The notes: generated by a model not told the origin, from the letters alone. Shown: positions 9,106 to 17,428, numbered from the stretch's first letter. The stretch: DNA of 29,664 nt from a virus (IMGVR_UViG_3300009034_000003); one strand, 5' to 3'. Numbers and translations: made by a program.

Positions 9106-9756
9106 CTATACTACTAGTAGACTCAGGTCTGTAGCGAGCGCTGAGAGTGTTACGTCAGCAAGGTGCAGAAGTATTTCTTCTATGTTCTCCCCAGCCTTCC
9201 ACACATTGTAGAGTGCCTTGCCTTCTGGACCTAAGTCGAGTAAGCGCTGTAGCTCTTCATCTCGTCCAGCATAATACGATTCCGAACCGTGCCAATGAAG
9301 ACTAATCAATGGCTTCATTTCTCTAGCTACTGTCGACAAAGGAACTTCTATATCGACATCGTCTTCAAGCTCCTCTTGGTCTTCGTAGTAGATCAGGTTA
9401 ACAGTTAGGCTAGGTCTTACTTTAGCAATCCTCTCGATGCTTTCAAACACTGTGTACATTGTTCTTTGTCTCCTTTCTAAGATGGATCCACACAACAGTT
9501 CCTCCAACCATAGAACGTTTCCTTTCGCTTGTTGAAACTCTGTTGCATGTGGACAACCCTCAGTCGAAGTATTCATACATCGCCAATAAGGACTGAGGTT
9601 ATCCTTCGTTCTATCAAGTTCCACAGGACTGGAACAGTAAGGACACCTCCCTTCCTTTTCTATTCTATCTAACTTCTCGTTGATGGTCTCAAGGAGTTCA
9701 TCCCATATGTGATCGAAGGTCGACCACTCCCCTCGGTTATTTTCCATGCCGCTCAT
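9106..9756 (-). CDS. Zinc-ribbon-containing hypothetical protein
   Basis: 216 aa; CPYC...C...C resembling a topoisomerase-type C4 zinc ribbon. Confidence 0.75.
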   Translation of the reverse strand: MSGMENNRGEWSTFDHIWDELLETINEKLDRIEKEGRCPYCSSPVELDRTKDNLSPYWRCMNTSTEGCPHATEFQQAKGNVLWLEELLCGSILERRQRTMYTVFESIERIAKVRPSLTVNLIYYEDQEELEDDVDIEVPLSTVAREMKPLISLHWHGSESYYAGRDEELQRLLDLGPEGKALYNVWKAGENIEEILLHLADVTLSALATDLSLLVV

Positions 9757-10157
9757 AGCTTATGATCCCTTTCCTCCTCTTTGTCTTTGTCGGGTTCAAC
9801 AAAAGGTCCTCCTCTATGGTGAACCCAAGGAGAGCGTTCCTCAAACACAACGTCGCCTCTCTTATATCTAACGCCTTCATCTATGAGGGTATAGCGATCA
9901 AAGTGATACGGAGAGTCTATGTCATGAAGTGTCAACTCTCCTCGAACCCCATGTCTCCAAAGGATAATGAGTTGTTCTTCCATCGATTCATCCAGAGCCG
10001 GGAACATGTGACTTCCTATGCGGAGGAAGAACTCGTCTTCATCTTTTTCAATCTCCCACCCTACAGGAAAGTCTAGGTCCGCTATCACAGTTCTTGCGTC
10101 CGCAGTGAGGCTTTTGGTTACGAGGCTAGAGTCACTAACCATCCATGTATTCGACAT
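9753..10157 (-). CDS. Hypothetical protein (134 aa)
   Basis: Start moved to ATG 10157 (GAGGAGG RBS). Confidence 0.75.
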   Translation of the reverse strand: MSNTWMVSDSSLVTKSLTADARTVIADLDFPVGWEIEKDEDEFFLRIGSHMFPALDESMEEQLIILWRHGVRGELTLHDIDSPYHFDRYTLIDEGVRYKRGDVVFEERSPWVHHRGGPFVEPDKDKEEERDHKL

Positions 10158-10173
10158 TATTCTTTTACCTCCT

Positions 10174-10440
10174 CTAAAGTTTTGTTCCACAGTTAATGCA
10201 GAAGATAGATCCTCTCAAGTTACTGTAACCACACTTGTAACATACTTTCTTAGCTTTCTCCTCTGCTGGTTCCAGTCTATCAGGTACTTGACAAAGAGTG
10301 CTACATTTTGGACAGTACTTATTATTCATCTCAGGTAGCGGCATTGGATGTTTGCACTTGAGACAAGTATTGTTATAGTTGACCCACTGTCCGCGTGCGT
10401 TTAATCCTATGGGTTGGAAAGTATTCTGTCTCTCCCTCAT
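10174..10440 (-). CDS. Double zinc-ribbon protein
   Basis: Four CxxC pairs. Confidence 0.75.
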   Translation of the reverse strand: MRERQNTFQPIGLNARGQWVNYNNTCLKCKHPMPLPEMNNKYCPKCSTLCQVPDRLEPAEEKAKKVCYKCGYSNLRGSIFCINCGTKL

Positions 10441-10442
10441 TG

Positions 10443-10652
10443 CTAAGCAACCTCCTCTTCAAGTTTCGTCCCACACCTGATGCAGAAGATAGCAATGAGG
10501 TAGGGAGACTCGAAACCGCACTTGGGACATACCTTCGGCTTCGTTTCTTCATCATCCTCTGTCGGAATTTTTGCACCGCAACCTCCGCAGTGTGTCCAGT
10601 TCTTTAACAGTATCGTTCCACAAGTAGTACAGATCGGTGTCTTTACAGCCAT
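10443..10652 (-). CDS. Double zinc-ribbon protein
   Basis: Four CxxC pairs; C-terminus KVCPKCG...IFCIRCGTKL similar to 10174-10440. Confidence 0.8.
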   Translation of the reverse strand: MAVKTPICTTCGTILLKNWTHCGGCGAKIPTEDDEETKPKVCPKCGFESPYLIAIFCIRCGTKLEEEVA

Positions 10653-10900
10653 TACTCTACCTCCTTAGAATCTTTTCTGAGCCTAGCTTTTATCATCTTT
10701 GCAGTATCTCGAAGTACTGCTCCAGCTACTCCTCCGATCAATGCCATCAAAGCAAGAGGCCAAGGCTCTCTAGGAATCTCCTTGAGCGTCTTGAAAGCAT
10801 GTACCAAAAAGGCCGGAGCAACTATACAGAAGATGAAAAGAATGAATCCTATTCTCAGTCCCCAGTTCAACAGATCAAAGTCCTTATTGAAGATGGACAT
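10652..10900 (-). CDS. Small membrane protein (2 TM)
   Basis: Two hydrophobic segments. Confidence 0.75.
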   Translation of the reverse strand: MSIFNKDFDLLNWGLRIGFILFIFCIVAPAFLVHAFKTLKEIPREPWPLALMALIGGVAGAVLRDTAKMIKARLRKDSKEVE

Positions 10901-10902
10901 TC

Positions 10903-11220
10903 TTATTCCGCCTCCTTTATAGTACTATCCAACGGAAGTGTTATGTGAGTTGAGTACTTTCCACCAGCACCAATATCAATGACCATGAAGATTGTTATCT
11001 TTCCTGTAGTGAGATTGACTTGAGCACCAGTAACCTCAACTAAAGGTTCTGCTTGCCTTCCCCAAGAGCCGTCTGGATTCATAGTCATCGGACCTCTTAT
11101 GACAGGCTCCTCAGGTTCAGGAGAGTCGTCCATGCTACGATAGATCCAAAGGCATAACACGATAGTGCCAAGAGCGATAGCTACTCCGATCATAGTTCCT
11201 TGAGATCTAGTTAGTGCCAT
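10903..11220 (-). CDS. Membrane-anchored hypothetical protein
   Basis: N-terminal hydrophobic helix, GAGGAGG RBS. Confidence 0.75.
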   Translation of the reverse strand: MALTRSQGTMIGVAIALGTIVLCLWIYRSMDDSPEPEEPVIRGPMTMNPDGSWGRQAEPLVEVTGAQVNLTTGKITIFMVIDIGAGGKYSTHITLPLDSTIKEAE

Positions 11221-11232
11221 CTCGATCCTCCT

Positions 11233-11541
11233 CTAGATATGAAGTAGTTCATGTAACGAAGGATGTGCTAGTACCTGTCCAATGTAGTTTATGAAGTTCG
11301 GCGTTTCTCCAAGATCCTTTCCGGAGATAGCTTGGTCAAACGATATGTCCCTAACTTCCTTTTCTCTAAAACCCTCCGCCATGTCCCCTACCATCTCTGC
11401 TATCTCCTCAGGCTCGTGATCTAGAAGATTATCTATCACTGGGCTAAGTGTTAGTGCCGCATAGTGCGAAGCCTGAGGAACAAGACTAAAGCGCCCATAC
11501 AATCCTTCCAGTACCGTATCCGCAAACTCTCTAGCCGTCAA
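11233..11541 (-). CDS. Hypothetical protein
   Basis: 102 aa, TTG start after GGAGGTGAT. Confidence 0.7.
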   Translation of the reverse strand: MTAREFADTVLEGLYGRFSLVPQASHYAALTLSPVIDNLLDHEPEEIAEMVGDMAEGFREKEVRDISFDQAISGKDLGETPNFINYIGQVLAHPSLHELLHI

Positions 11542-11756
11542 AGAACATCACCTCCTCTGTCAGGTTGCATTGGAATTGGTTCTAGTTCGCTAGTGTTCTG
11601 TTCCTTTAGCTCCCCTTTCAGGTACTCTACTTCTGCTTCAAGAACAGCTACTCTAACCATCAAGTCTGTTAGGTAGTGCATTACCGTTATTATTATCACA
11701 ACCATCGACAATATACATATCGCAATTGTTATGAACTTCGCTTGTTTCTCAGTCAT
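11538..11756 (-). CDS. Membrane protein with coiled coil
   Basis: N-terminal TM, then heptad-like segment. Confidence 0.75.
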   Translation of the reverse strand: MTEKQAKFITIAICILSMVVIIITVMHYLTDLMVRVAVLEAEVEYLKGELKEQNTSELEPIPMQPDRGGDVL

Positions 11757-11768
11757 TTCTCCTTCTCC

Positions 11769-12224
11769 TCAGTCTGGTATGAACAGCGCATAGCTACCAG
11801 TGTACTCGCACACATTACATTTACATCTTTCCATCTCGTACTTTCCGCCTAGCGCGAGCTTCTCTGGCCTACCTTCTCTTCTCCTGATTGTGAACGTTCC
11901 TTTCCCCATAAGGGTGAAGTCATCTCCCCTACCACAATCAGGACACCTCAGACTAGTTTCCATTTCTAGTATAGCGTTATAGTAAGTGACCTCGAAGTCA
12001 TCCTCTCCAAGACGTTCATCCAGAAATTTTCTAGCTGCTTGTCCTACCTCACTAGCTTCCTTCTGCGTCTCAACTTCGAACCTTAAGTCCCTACATCCAA
12101 AACCTGCTCCAGTACTTTCAAGAGTGATTCCTTGTTCCTTAAGAAACTCTACTAGCTCCGCACTCAACTCCAGCACCGGATCAATTCCCATTTCCAATGA
12201 TATTGAAACATCAATGTACCACAT
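11769..12224 (-). CDS. Hypothetical protein with C-terminal zinc finger
   Basis: GAGFGCRDL motif; CPDC...CNVC. Confidence 0.8.
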   Translation of the reverse strand: MWYIDVSISLEMGIDPVLELSAELVEFLKEQGITLESTGAGFGCRDLRFEVETQKEASEVGQAARKFLDERLGEDDFEVTYYNAILEMETSLRCPDCGRGDDFTLMGKGTFTIRRREGRPEKLALGGKYEMERCKCNVCEYTGSYALFIPD

Positions 12225-12229
12225 TTTTT

Positions 12230-12622
12230 CTACCTCCTTTTACAATGTGTACCCTCAAGGGTATCTTCTAACTCAAATCCTAGTTCAGCCAGTCTATCTC
12301 TAATCTCATCTGCTATAGCCCAGGCCCTCTTTCTCCTAGCAGCTTGTCTCAGCTCCAGGATTATCTTAACGACTCCTTCCAAGAGTCTTTTGTATTCGTC
12401 CTCATTAAAACCTACATAGTTGTCTACTGTTCCTATCATCTCATTCTCAATCTTCAAAACAACTCGATCAGGGGTTACATTGTAAACTTTCCCATCGATC
12501 CCATCTGTACAGTATCTTGTGCCTCCTTCTGCATCGGTCCAGCGTATAGCGATCTTTCCAGCATATACATCACCTGTCAGTATCTTGAAAGCTATAACGT
12601 CCCCTTCTTTATAAATGTCCAT
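12230..12622 (-). CDS. Beta-barrel-like N-terminus fused to a cysteinyl-tRNA synthetase C-terminal (anticodon-binding)-like domain
   Basis: ELRQAARRKRAWAIADEIRDRLAELGFELEDTLEGT fits the CysRS C-terminal RxxARxxKxWxxADxIRDxLxxxGxxLEDxxxGT pattern; start moved to ATG 12622. Confidence 0.75.
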   Translation of the reverse strand: MDIYKEGDVIAFKILTGDVYAGKIAIRWTDAEGGTRYCTDGIDGKVYNVTPDRVVLKIENEMIGTVDNYVGFNEDEYKRLLEGVVKIILELRQAARRKRAWAIADEIRDRLAELGFELEDTLEGTHCKRR

Positions 12623-12642
12623 TGTTCCTTGCTCCGGAAAAG

Positions 12643-12694
12643 CACTTTGAGTTGGAGCTCGACCAGAAGGGTCAGAGCATCCAATCTCAAAGTG
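12643..12694. other. Long intergenic hairpin (22 bp, three single-nt bulges, 5-nt loop)
   Basis: CACTTTGAG/CTCAAAGTG, TTGGA/TCCAA, GCTC/GAGC, GACC/GGTC. Confidence 0.75.
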
Positions 12695-12739
12695 GAAAAG
12701 AGTAGTCTGCCTAGAGAGGAATTGTATATAACAATACAT

Positions 12740-13054
12740 CTAAGCTAAAGCATTCCTCTTACCTTTCTTTCTCCTATAACCACACTTCCTCTTAAAGCAT
12801 ACAGGCTTGTCTACTAGTTTCCACTTTATACAATCCTCTTTAGTACCATCTTCACATCTCTCAAAGCCCATCTCCTTTATTACCGCCAGGAGGTCCTCTT
12901 CAGTAGCATTGCAAAATCCCTCCTGATCCGCTTCCTCTTCCCTAGAGTACAAAAACAGATAGCCTCTTGCATGCTGGAAGTTGGTACACTCAAAGCCATT
13001 GTCCCTATAGCATATGTAAAGATTGCTCTCCAGGTTCTCTTTGTTCATACTCAT
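12740..13054 (-). CDS. Cys-rich hypothetical protein
   Basis: 104 aa, AAAGGAG RBS. Confidence 0.7.
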   Translation of the reverse strand: MSMNKENLESNLYICYRDNGFECTNFQHARGYLFLYSREEEADQEGFCNATEEDLLAVIKEMGFERCEDGTKEDCIKWKLVDKPVCFKRKCGYRRKKGKRNALA

Positions 13055-13168
13055 TTCAAAGTCTCCTTTATTACCGCCAAGGCGAATTGGTCCTAGCTCG
13101 ATTGGTCTTCTGTCTTGAATGCAGCGTGCACTCTTATCTTGTTCTCCTTTGGTGTCTGGTTGCTGTTA

Positions 13169-13405
13169 CTAGTTGCTAGTACCTGAAATAGCTTTCATCC
13201 CATTGTAAGATAAAAAGAGGGCTTTTGCCTTTTCCTCATCTCCAGTACCCAAACACTCTACCAGTTCGCTAGCTAGATACGGTACTGTGTAGGGATGGTG
13301 CCTTTTCAATTTCCTCCCCCTTCGATAGTTGGCTTGTCGATAAGATTGTAGACAGAGTGAATAAACAATTCGATGAGCTTTCTTTTCCCATGGTTCCATA
13401 ACCAA
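13169..13405 (-). CDS. Basic hypothetical protein
   Basis: 78 aa, AGGAG RBS. Confidence 0.7.
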   Translation of the reverse strand: MVMEPWEKKAHRIVYSLCLQSYRQANYRRGRKLKRHHPYTVPYLASELVECLGTGDEEKAKALFLSYNGMKAISGTSN

Positions 13406-13451
13406 TACTCCTATTGTTAGATCAGGTGTCAGTTCCTTGGTTCCTAGTAGC

Positions 13452-13510
13452 TAGCTCCTAAGTTCTAGCTCTTAAAGTTCTAGCTGCTAAAGTTCTAGCT
13501 CCTAAAGTTC
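13452..13510. repeat. Tandem repeat, 4 x ~15 bp TAGCTSYTAAAGTTC
   Basis: Units start at 13452 (14 bp), 13466, 13481, 13496; intergenic. Confidence 0.85.
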
Positions 13511-13615
13511 TGGTCCTAGAAGTGCTGAAAACCCTGCCTTTCTTTTCTAGACTCGCGACGGGCTTCAAAAGGTGGAGCTGTCCAGGTCTTAGTATCTAGG
13601 CTCAGGCCCTAGCCG

Positions 13616-14224
13616 TTATTGCATGCCGTGTGCGCAAGGCTGATCACCCTCCTCTCCTTCCGGGAAGCCTTCTATGGTCTGCTTGAGTATTGCGCCCAGC
13701 TGTAGAATCAAACTAGCATTGAGGTTTACAGCAGCTGCTATAGTGCTTGGGTGAGCATTGGTACTAATGACCCTAGCATTTGGACGAAGCTTCTCCAACA
13801 TCCCTAAGGCCCGTTCTTCGGTCATCTTGGGACCTGTTACAGCTGGCCAGTCACGCAAGTTCTCGGGTTCATCTAATGCTCCTTTGATCTCTCCGTATAG
13901 CTCGTACATCTTTTGCTTGGTGCTGATCACATCCTCTATGTTGTGAGTCTCTGTCAAGGCAGCTATCAGCCCGTACATTCTTTCGGATGCTAGCGACAAG
14001 ATCCTATGACGCTGTGCCTCGAATTCTGGTATGCTGTCTCCTTGTTCTATGTCGCCTTCAAACCAATCTCGAAGAGTATATCTGAGTAGGGTCTTACTCA
14101 ATGCACCTAGCTCACCATACTCGACGTGGCACCTATCACATACATCAACTCTTCCATGTCCATCTATTATAGCTTTCCATGGGGTTTCTTCTTCGATAGG
14201 TTCATGGCATCTATCACAGTTCAT
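13616..14224 (-). CDS. Hypothetical protein with N-terminal CxxC/CxxC zinc finger
   Basis: CDRC...CDRC; GAGGAGG RBS. Confidence 0.8.
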   Translation of the reverse strand: MNCDRCHEPIEEETPWKAIIDGHGRVDVCDRCHVEYGELGALSKTLLRYTLRDWFEGDIEQGDSIPEFEAQRHRILSLASERMYGLIAALTETHNIEDVISTKQKMYELYGEIKGALDEPENLRDWPAVTGPKMTEERALGMLEKLRPNARVISTNAHPSTIAAAVNLNASLILQLGAILKQTIEGFPEGEEGDQPCAHGMQ

Positions 14225-14510
14225 TTTGTACCTCCTCTATTTCAAATATGTTTGGGGACACTGAGACTGGACCGAACCACTCGACGGCTGTGACCAGATC
14301 TTTAGATGTAATCACATCCGTTCTGTTTTTGGTACGGACATCTTGGATGTATATTTCTAGTGCGAAGTGACCGTCGATGACCATAACAGTATAACCCGTT
14401 ATCTTCCATCGGCGGCCTTTGAAGTTGACCCTATCTCCTTTTTGCAGGCCTCTTTCTTCCATGCCGTAGCCCCAAGTAACTGGGTTTTCTAGGTTGTCTC
14501 TTCTGGGCAT
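14214..14510 (-). CDS. Hypothetical protein, possible SH3/KOW-like fold
   Basis: LQKGDRVNFKGRRWKITG; start moved to 14510. Confidence 0.7.
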   Translation of the reverse strand: MPRRDNLENPVTWGYGMEERGLQKGDRVNFKGRRWKITGYTVMVIDGHFALEIYIQDVRTKNRTDVITSKDLVTAVEWFGPVSVSPNIFEIEEVQNEL

Positions 14511-14800
14511 TCCTCTTCTCCTTTCAGCCAAGAGAATTTCGTTTCACCTATTTGCAGGTAGGCTGTTACGGTGTAGTCAATAGTACCGAGATCTATGTCT
14601 TCTGTTCTTTCAACTCTGATGATCAGGTTTGCTTTGAGCAGGTCCTCGTTCTCAGTTTGACGAGCAGTGTCTCGCAGCCCTCTGTAATACTCCAGGGCTG
14701 CTTTTTTCATATCACTGCTCGGCTCTCCTTGAACATCCCACTTGGTGTATGGATTATGGCTTATGAATCTTTTGGTCTTAGAGTCGTAGTAGGCTATCAC
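14489..14800 (-). CDS. Hypothetical protein
   Basis: 103 aa, GTG start with AAGGAGG RBS. Confidence 0.75.
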   Translation of the reverse strand: MIAYYDSKTKRFISHNPYTKWDVQGEPSSDMKKAALEYYRGLRDTARQTENEDLLKANLIIRVERTEDIDLGTIDYTVTAYLQIGETKFSWLKGEEECPEETT

Positions 14801-14906
14801 TTTAAGCCTCCTTGAATTGATGTTAACTTTACGTTGAAGCTATGTATTTGCATTTAGCCCAAGAGAGTACAAGTCTCCCTATACAAAATCCATAGCTGCT
14901 TATATT

Positions 14907-15344
14907 TTACCTCGCGATATTCATATATTCCTGGTACGATAGTAAGAAGTCTTCTCTCCACATTTCTTCTGTAGTATCGTAGGGATGATTTGGTTTGGAC
15001 AGGTTGAGTCCGAATTGATGTTCCACTTCACCTATGTGCTCGAACATATAGCCATAAGCGTCCCCGTATACGTCGGCGACATACACGTAGTATCTAAGGG
15101 GATTGTCGATGGTGACATTCGGTTTGTTGCCTAGCTGGCTGGCACAAAAGATCGAGAAGGCTTTACGAAGGTCTGCCTTACGCATCTGTATTTCTGCGTA
15201 GTTAGCTCCGCGAGCCATTTTAGTATAGTCCAGTTGTGCTAGGAACTCTTGGATCACTTTGGTTAGTATTCCTACGATGTGTGGAGTTGACTTTGCGTCT
15301 TCGTATCTGTCTGCAAGTCCTTCAGGTAGATTGGGTTCTGACAT
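14907..15344 (-). CDS. Hypothetical protein (145 aa)
   Basis: Start moved to 15344 (AAGGAG RBS). Confidence 0.75.
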   Translation of the reverse strand: MSEPNLPEGLADRYEDAKSTPHIVGILTKVIQEFLAQLDYTKMARGANYAEIQMRKADLRKAFSIFCASQLGNKPNVTIDNPLRYYVYVADVYGDAYGYMFEHIGEVEHQFGLNLSKPNHPYDTTEEMWREDFLLSYQEYMNIAR

Positions 15345-15358
15345 TGTGTGTCTCCTTT

Positions 15359-15760
15359 TTATGAACATGCTTCCATGATTTCATCTCTCAGATGCGAATG
15401 CTTGCGTATGGTTTCCATGATACGATTGTGTGTCCAATGGATTCTGCAAGCGCGATAGACTCTTATTTTACATCTGGTTATAGCCTCTTCGGTCTCGTAG
15501 TGAAGACCGCCTTGGCACTTAGCTCCCCAAGGTTCAGGCCAATTGATTCTCTGGAGGACATTTTTGCGGAGATCTGGATCAAGTATGAAATACTTGATGT
15601 GTTCGTCGTAGGCTTCCATGTCATCAGGAGTCCATTCCCACTTGCCTACGACTACATCGAGAGCGGTGTCCAGGGGCGACTCTCCTTCTTTGAGTGGGAC
15701 TACCTCCAGGTTGACTCCTACATCAGGATGGTCAGTTATGACTGCTAGGCGTAGTTGCAT
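15359..15760 (-). CDS. Hypothetical protein
   Basis: 133 aa, AGGAGG RBS. Confidence 0.8.
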   Translation of the reverse strand: MQLRLAVITDHPDVGVNLEVVPLKEGESPLDTALDVVVGKWEWTPDDMEAYDEHIKYFILDPDLRKNVLQRINWPEPWGAKCQGGLHYETEEAITRCKIRVYRACRIHWTHNRIMETIRKHSHLRDEIMEACS

Positions 15761-15806
15761 TTGGTTCCTCCTTGTCTAGGGAGTATAAAATACTCCCGCT
15801 TTAACT

Positions 15807-15826
15807 GTTCATAATATAATATGAAC
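15807..15826. promoter_or_regulatory. Palindromic promoter/operator GTTCAT-AATATAAT-ATGAAC
   Basis: 6-bp perfect inverted repeat enclosing -10-like hexamers on both strands. Confidence 0.5.
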
Positions 15827-15852
15827 GTTCTGTCGTTTTATCCTGAAAAACT

Positions 15853-15886
15853 TTGAGCTGTTATTTTGATTTTTCCATATAATATA
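15853..15886 (+). promoter_or_regulatory. Rightward promoter antisense to the gene block
   Basis: CA-TATAAT-ATA at 15876-15886 preceded by TTTTGATTTTT as in the array-linked promoters; TTGAGC 19 bp upstream. Confidence 0.5.
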
Positions 15887-15889
15887 AGT

Positions 15890-16072
15890 GAAAGGCAGAA
15901 ATGTCAGTTTTGGTTTTACGCATGAGTAGCTCCTCGTCGTTTCTATCTGCTTGACCTGCTTAGCTCGGGCAAGGATGGACCAGCAAACGATCGGTGTGAT
16001 TGGTAATAGCTTTGATGGTTTGGGATCCCGGGATGAGTAGAGATGGTCGACGAGGAGCTATTTCTTTTCTTT
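15890..16072 (+). ncRNA. Putative structured non-coding RNA
   Basis: 13-bp perfect closing stem 15927-15939/16048-16060, internal hairpins, T-rich tail, no credible ORF. Confidence 0.5.
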
Positions 16073-16181
16073 ACTAAACATTTTCTTACCAAGTTAGTCA
16101 CATCTCGTCACAACACCTGGTAAAGTATTTTGTGTTTTGTTTTACCTAGTGCGAGGTGATTTCCCCAAAGCACTGGGGAAG

Positions 16182-16490
16182 TTAGACGAAGTGATAGGGG
16201 ATTCCTCTGAACTTGATCCTTTTTACATTCTCCAACGGAATGAATCTGTATCCAAGATCTCCACCTTTTTCAGCTTCGTAGGCTCGAAGGTCCCATACAG
16301 AAACGAGACCATGTTCTGAAGGATTGAATGGTAGTCCTACGCCTTTAGCGAACTTGTCAACACCGATACGGCAGTCCATCGTCCTTTCTTCTCCTGTGGT
16401 TCTTTCGGTGAAGACAACGCGGAAGAACTTCCCATTGGTGTTATCTATAAGTGTCTTTACAGCTTCTTGTGCATCAACAGATAATGGCAT
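16182..16490 (-). CDS. Phage SH3/Sm-like (WYL-like) beta-barrel protein
   Basis: GKFFRVVF..TGEERTMDCRIGV ... VWD ... YRFIPLE pattern recalled from phage hypotheticals. Confidence 0.55.
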   Translation of the reverse strand: MPLSVDAQEAVKTLIDNTNGKFFRVVFTERTTGEERTMDCRIGVDKFAKGVGLPFNPSEHGLVSVWDLRAYEAEKGGDLGYRFIPLENVKRIKFRGIPYHFV

Positions 16491-16512
16491 TTTGATCCCT
16501 CCTTATAATAGA

Positions 16513-16548
16513 GCAAGAGGGAAGAGGATCGCTCCCCTTCCCTCTTGC
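16513..16548 (-). terminator. Strong hairpin after 16571-17152 (terminator or RNA stabiliser)
   Basis: 12-bp perfect stem; U-tract weak. Confidence 0.55.
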
Positions 16549-16570
16549 GGGCTAGGACCGGTAGGGCGGT

Positions 16571-17152
16571 CTAGCTGAACTCGACACCGTCGGTAGGCAC
16601 TGGCTGCTTAGTGCTGGTGCTTGCCACGGTGACGCCTTCGATTGCAACCCTTCCATGAGTCACATAGACGACGTCCTCAGCAGTCATCGGCATACCTTTT
16701 GCCACGAGGGCTGGGAAGATGTCGGTTGCTACTCTCTTCTTGTGAGAGTATTTCTCGATCAGGTCGGCCTTGCCAGCGGGAGTGAGTTTATCGAACTCCG
16801 CCTGGGTCAACTTGACCTTAGCGTTCTCAGCCTTATAGCCACCTGTGACCAGCGGCTCGGCGCCTTCGACGCGAACGCTGTTATAGGTGTAGGCCATCAG
16901 GACTCCCGCCGAGATGCTATTGACACGGCCTTCCTTGATCCTCTTGACCAGCTCGGTTTTGGCTCTCTCGCGGGAGAGTTTGTTCTCGGGCTCGGTCAGG
17001 AGGGCAACCAGATCTGCGGGACCTTTGGCGTCAAACTCTTCGCGGGTCAACTTGACCGGCTTCATGTCAGTGAGTTTTACACCTGTGGTCTCTTTCTTCG
17101 CAGCCTTGTCATTCTTCGTAGCCTTGGTGTTCTTGTTTTTGGTTTCGGCCAT
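16571..17152 (-). CDS. Lys-rich internally duplicated protein, paralog 1
   Basis: 193 aa; two VKLTxxEFxxxxPA repeats; clearly homologous to 20392-20982. Confidence 0.9.
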   Translation of the reverse strand: MAETKNKNTKATKNDKAAKKETTGVKLTDMKPVKLTREEFDAKGPADLVALLTEPENKLSRERAKTELVKRIKEGRVNSISAGVLMAYTYNSVRVEGAEPLVTGGYKAENAKVKLTQAEFDKLTPAGKADLIEKYSHKKRVATDIFPALVAKGMPMTAEDVVYVTHGRVAIEGVTVASTSTKQPVPTDGVEFS

Positions 17153-17222
17153 TGTGTTATTCCTCCTTGGTGTTGCTCCGCCCGGAGCACTTCGTAACTA
17201 GCCGCACAATTCAAAACATTGA

Positions 17223-17257
17223 ATCTCGGTGTCGCTTATATCATATGACACTGAGAT
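17223..17257 (-). promoter_or_regulatory. Hairpin-embedded promoter (11-bp stem, -10 TATGAT in loop)
   Basis: ATCTCGGTGTC/GACACTGAGAT; core matches 764-783 at 19 of 21 positions. Confidence 0.55.
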
Positions 17258-17330
17258 AGATTTGGACCATATTATTTGGTCCTTTCTTCTTCAGCGACGT
17301 TTTATTTCATGTTATCACCTCCTCCAGGTT

Positions 17331-17388
17331 GTGGGATGAGCAGAACTTTGCTTTCCAGGTGAGCACCGGCTAAGCACGCTCATCCCGC
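17331..17388. other. Extended intergenic stem-loop
   Basis: GGGATGAGC/GCTCATCCC outer stem, TGCTT/AAGCA and CC-GGT/ACC-GG inner stems. Confidence 0.6.
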
Positions 17389-17428
17389 TAATAATTATTT
17401 CTATCATTTTATTCTATTTCGATTGCGC

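Noticed and set aside
16655-17197. Long + strand ORFs (16655-17197, 1922-2365, 15392-15748, 12344-12748, 20377-20655 and similar)
   Set aside because: Antisense shadows of well-supported minus-strand genes, lacking an RBS and recognisable motifs.
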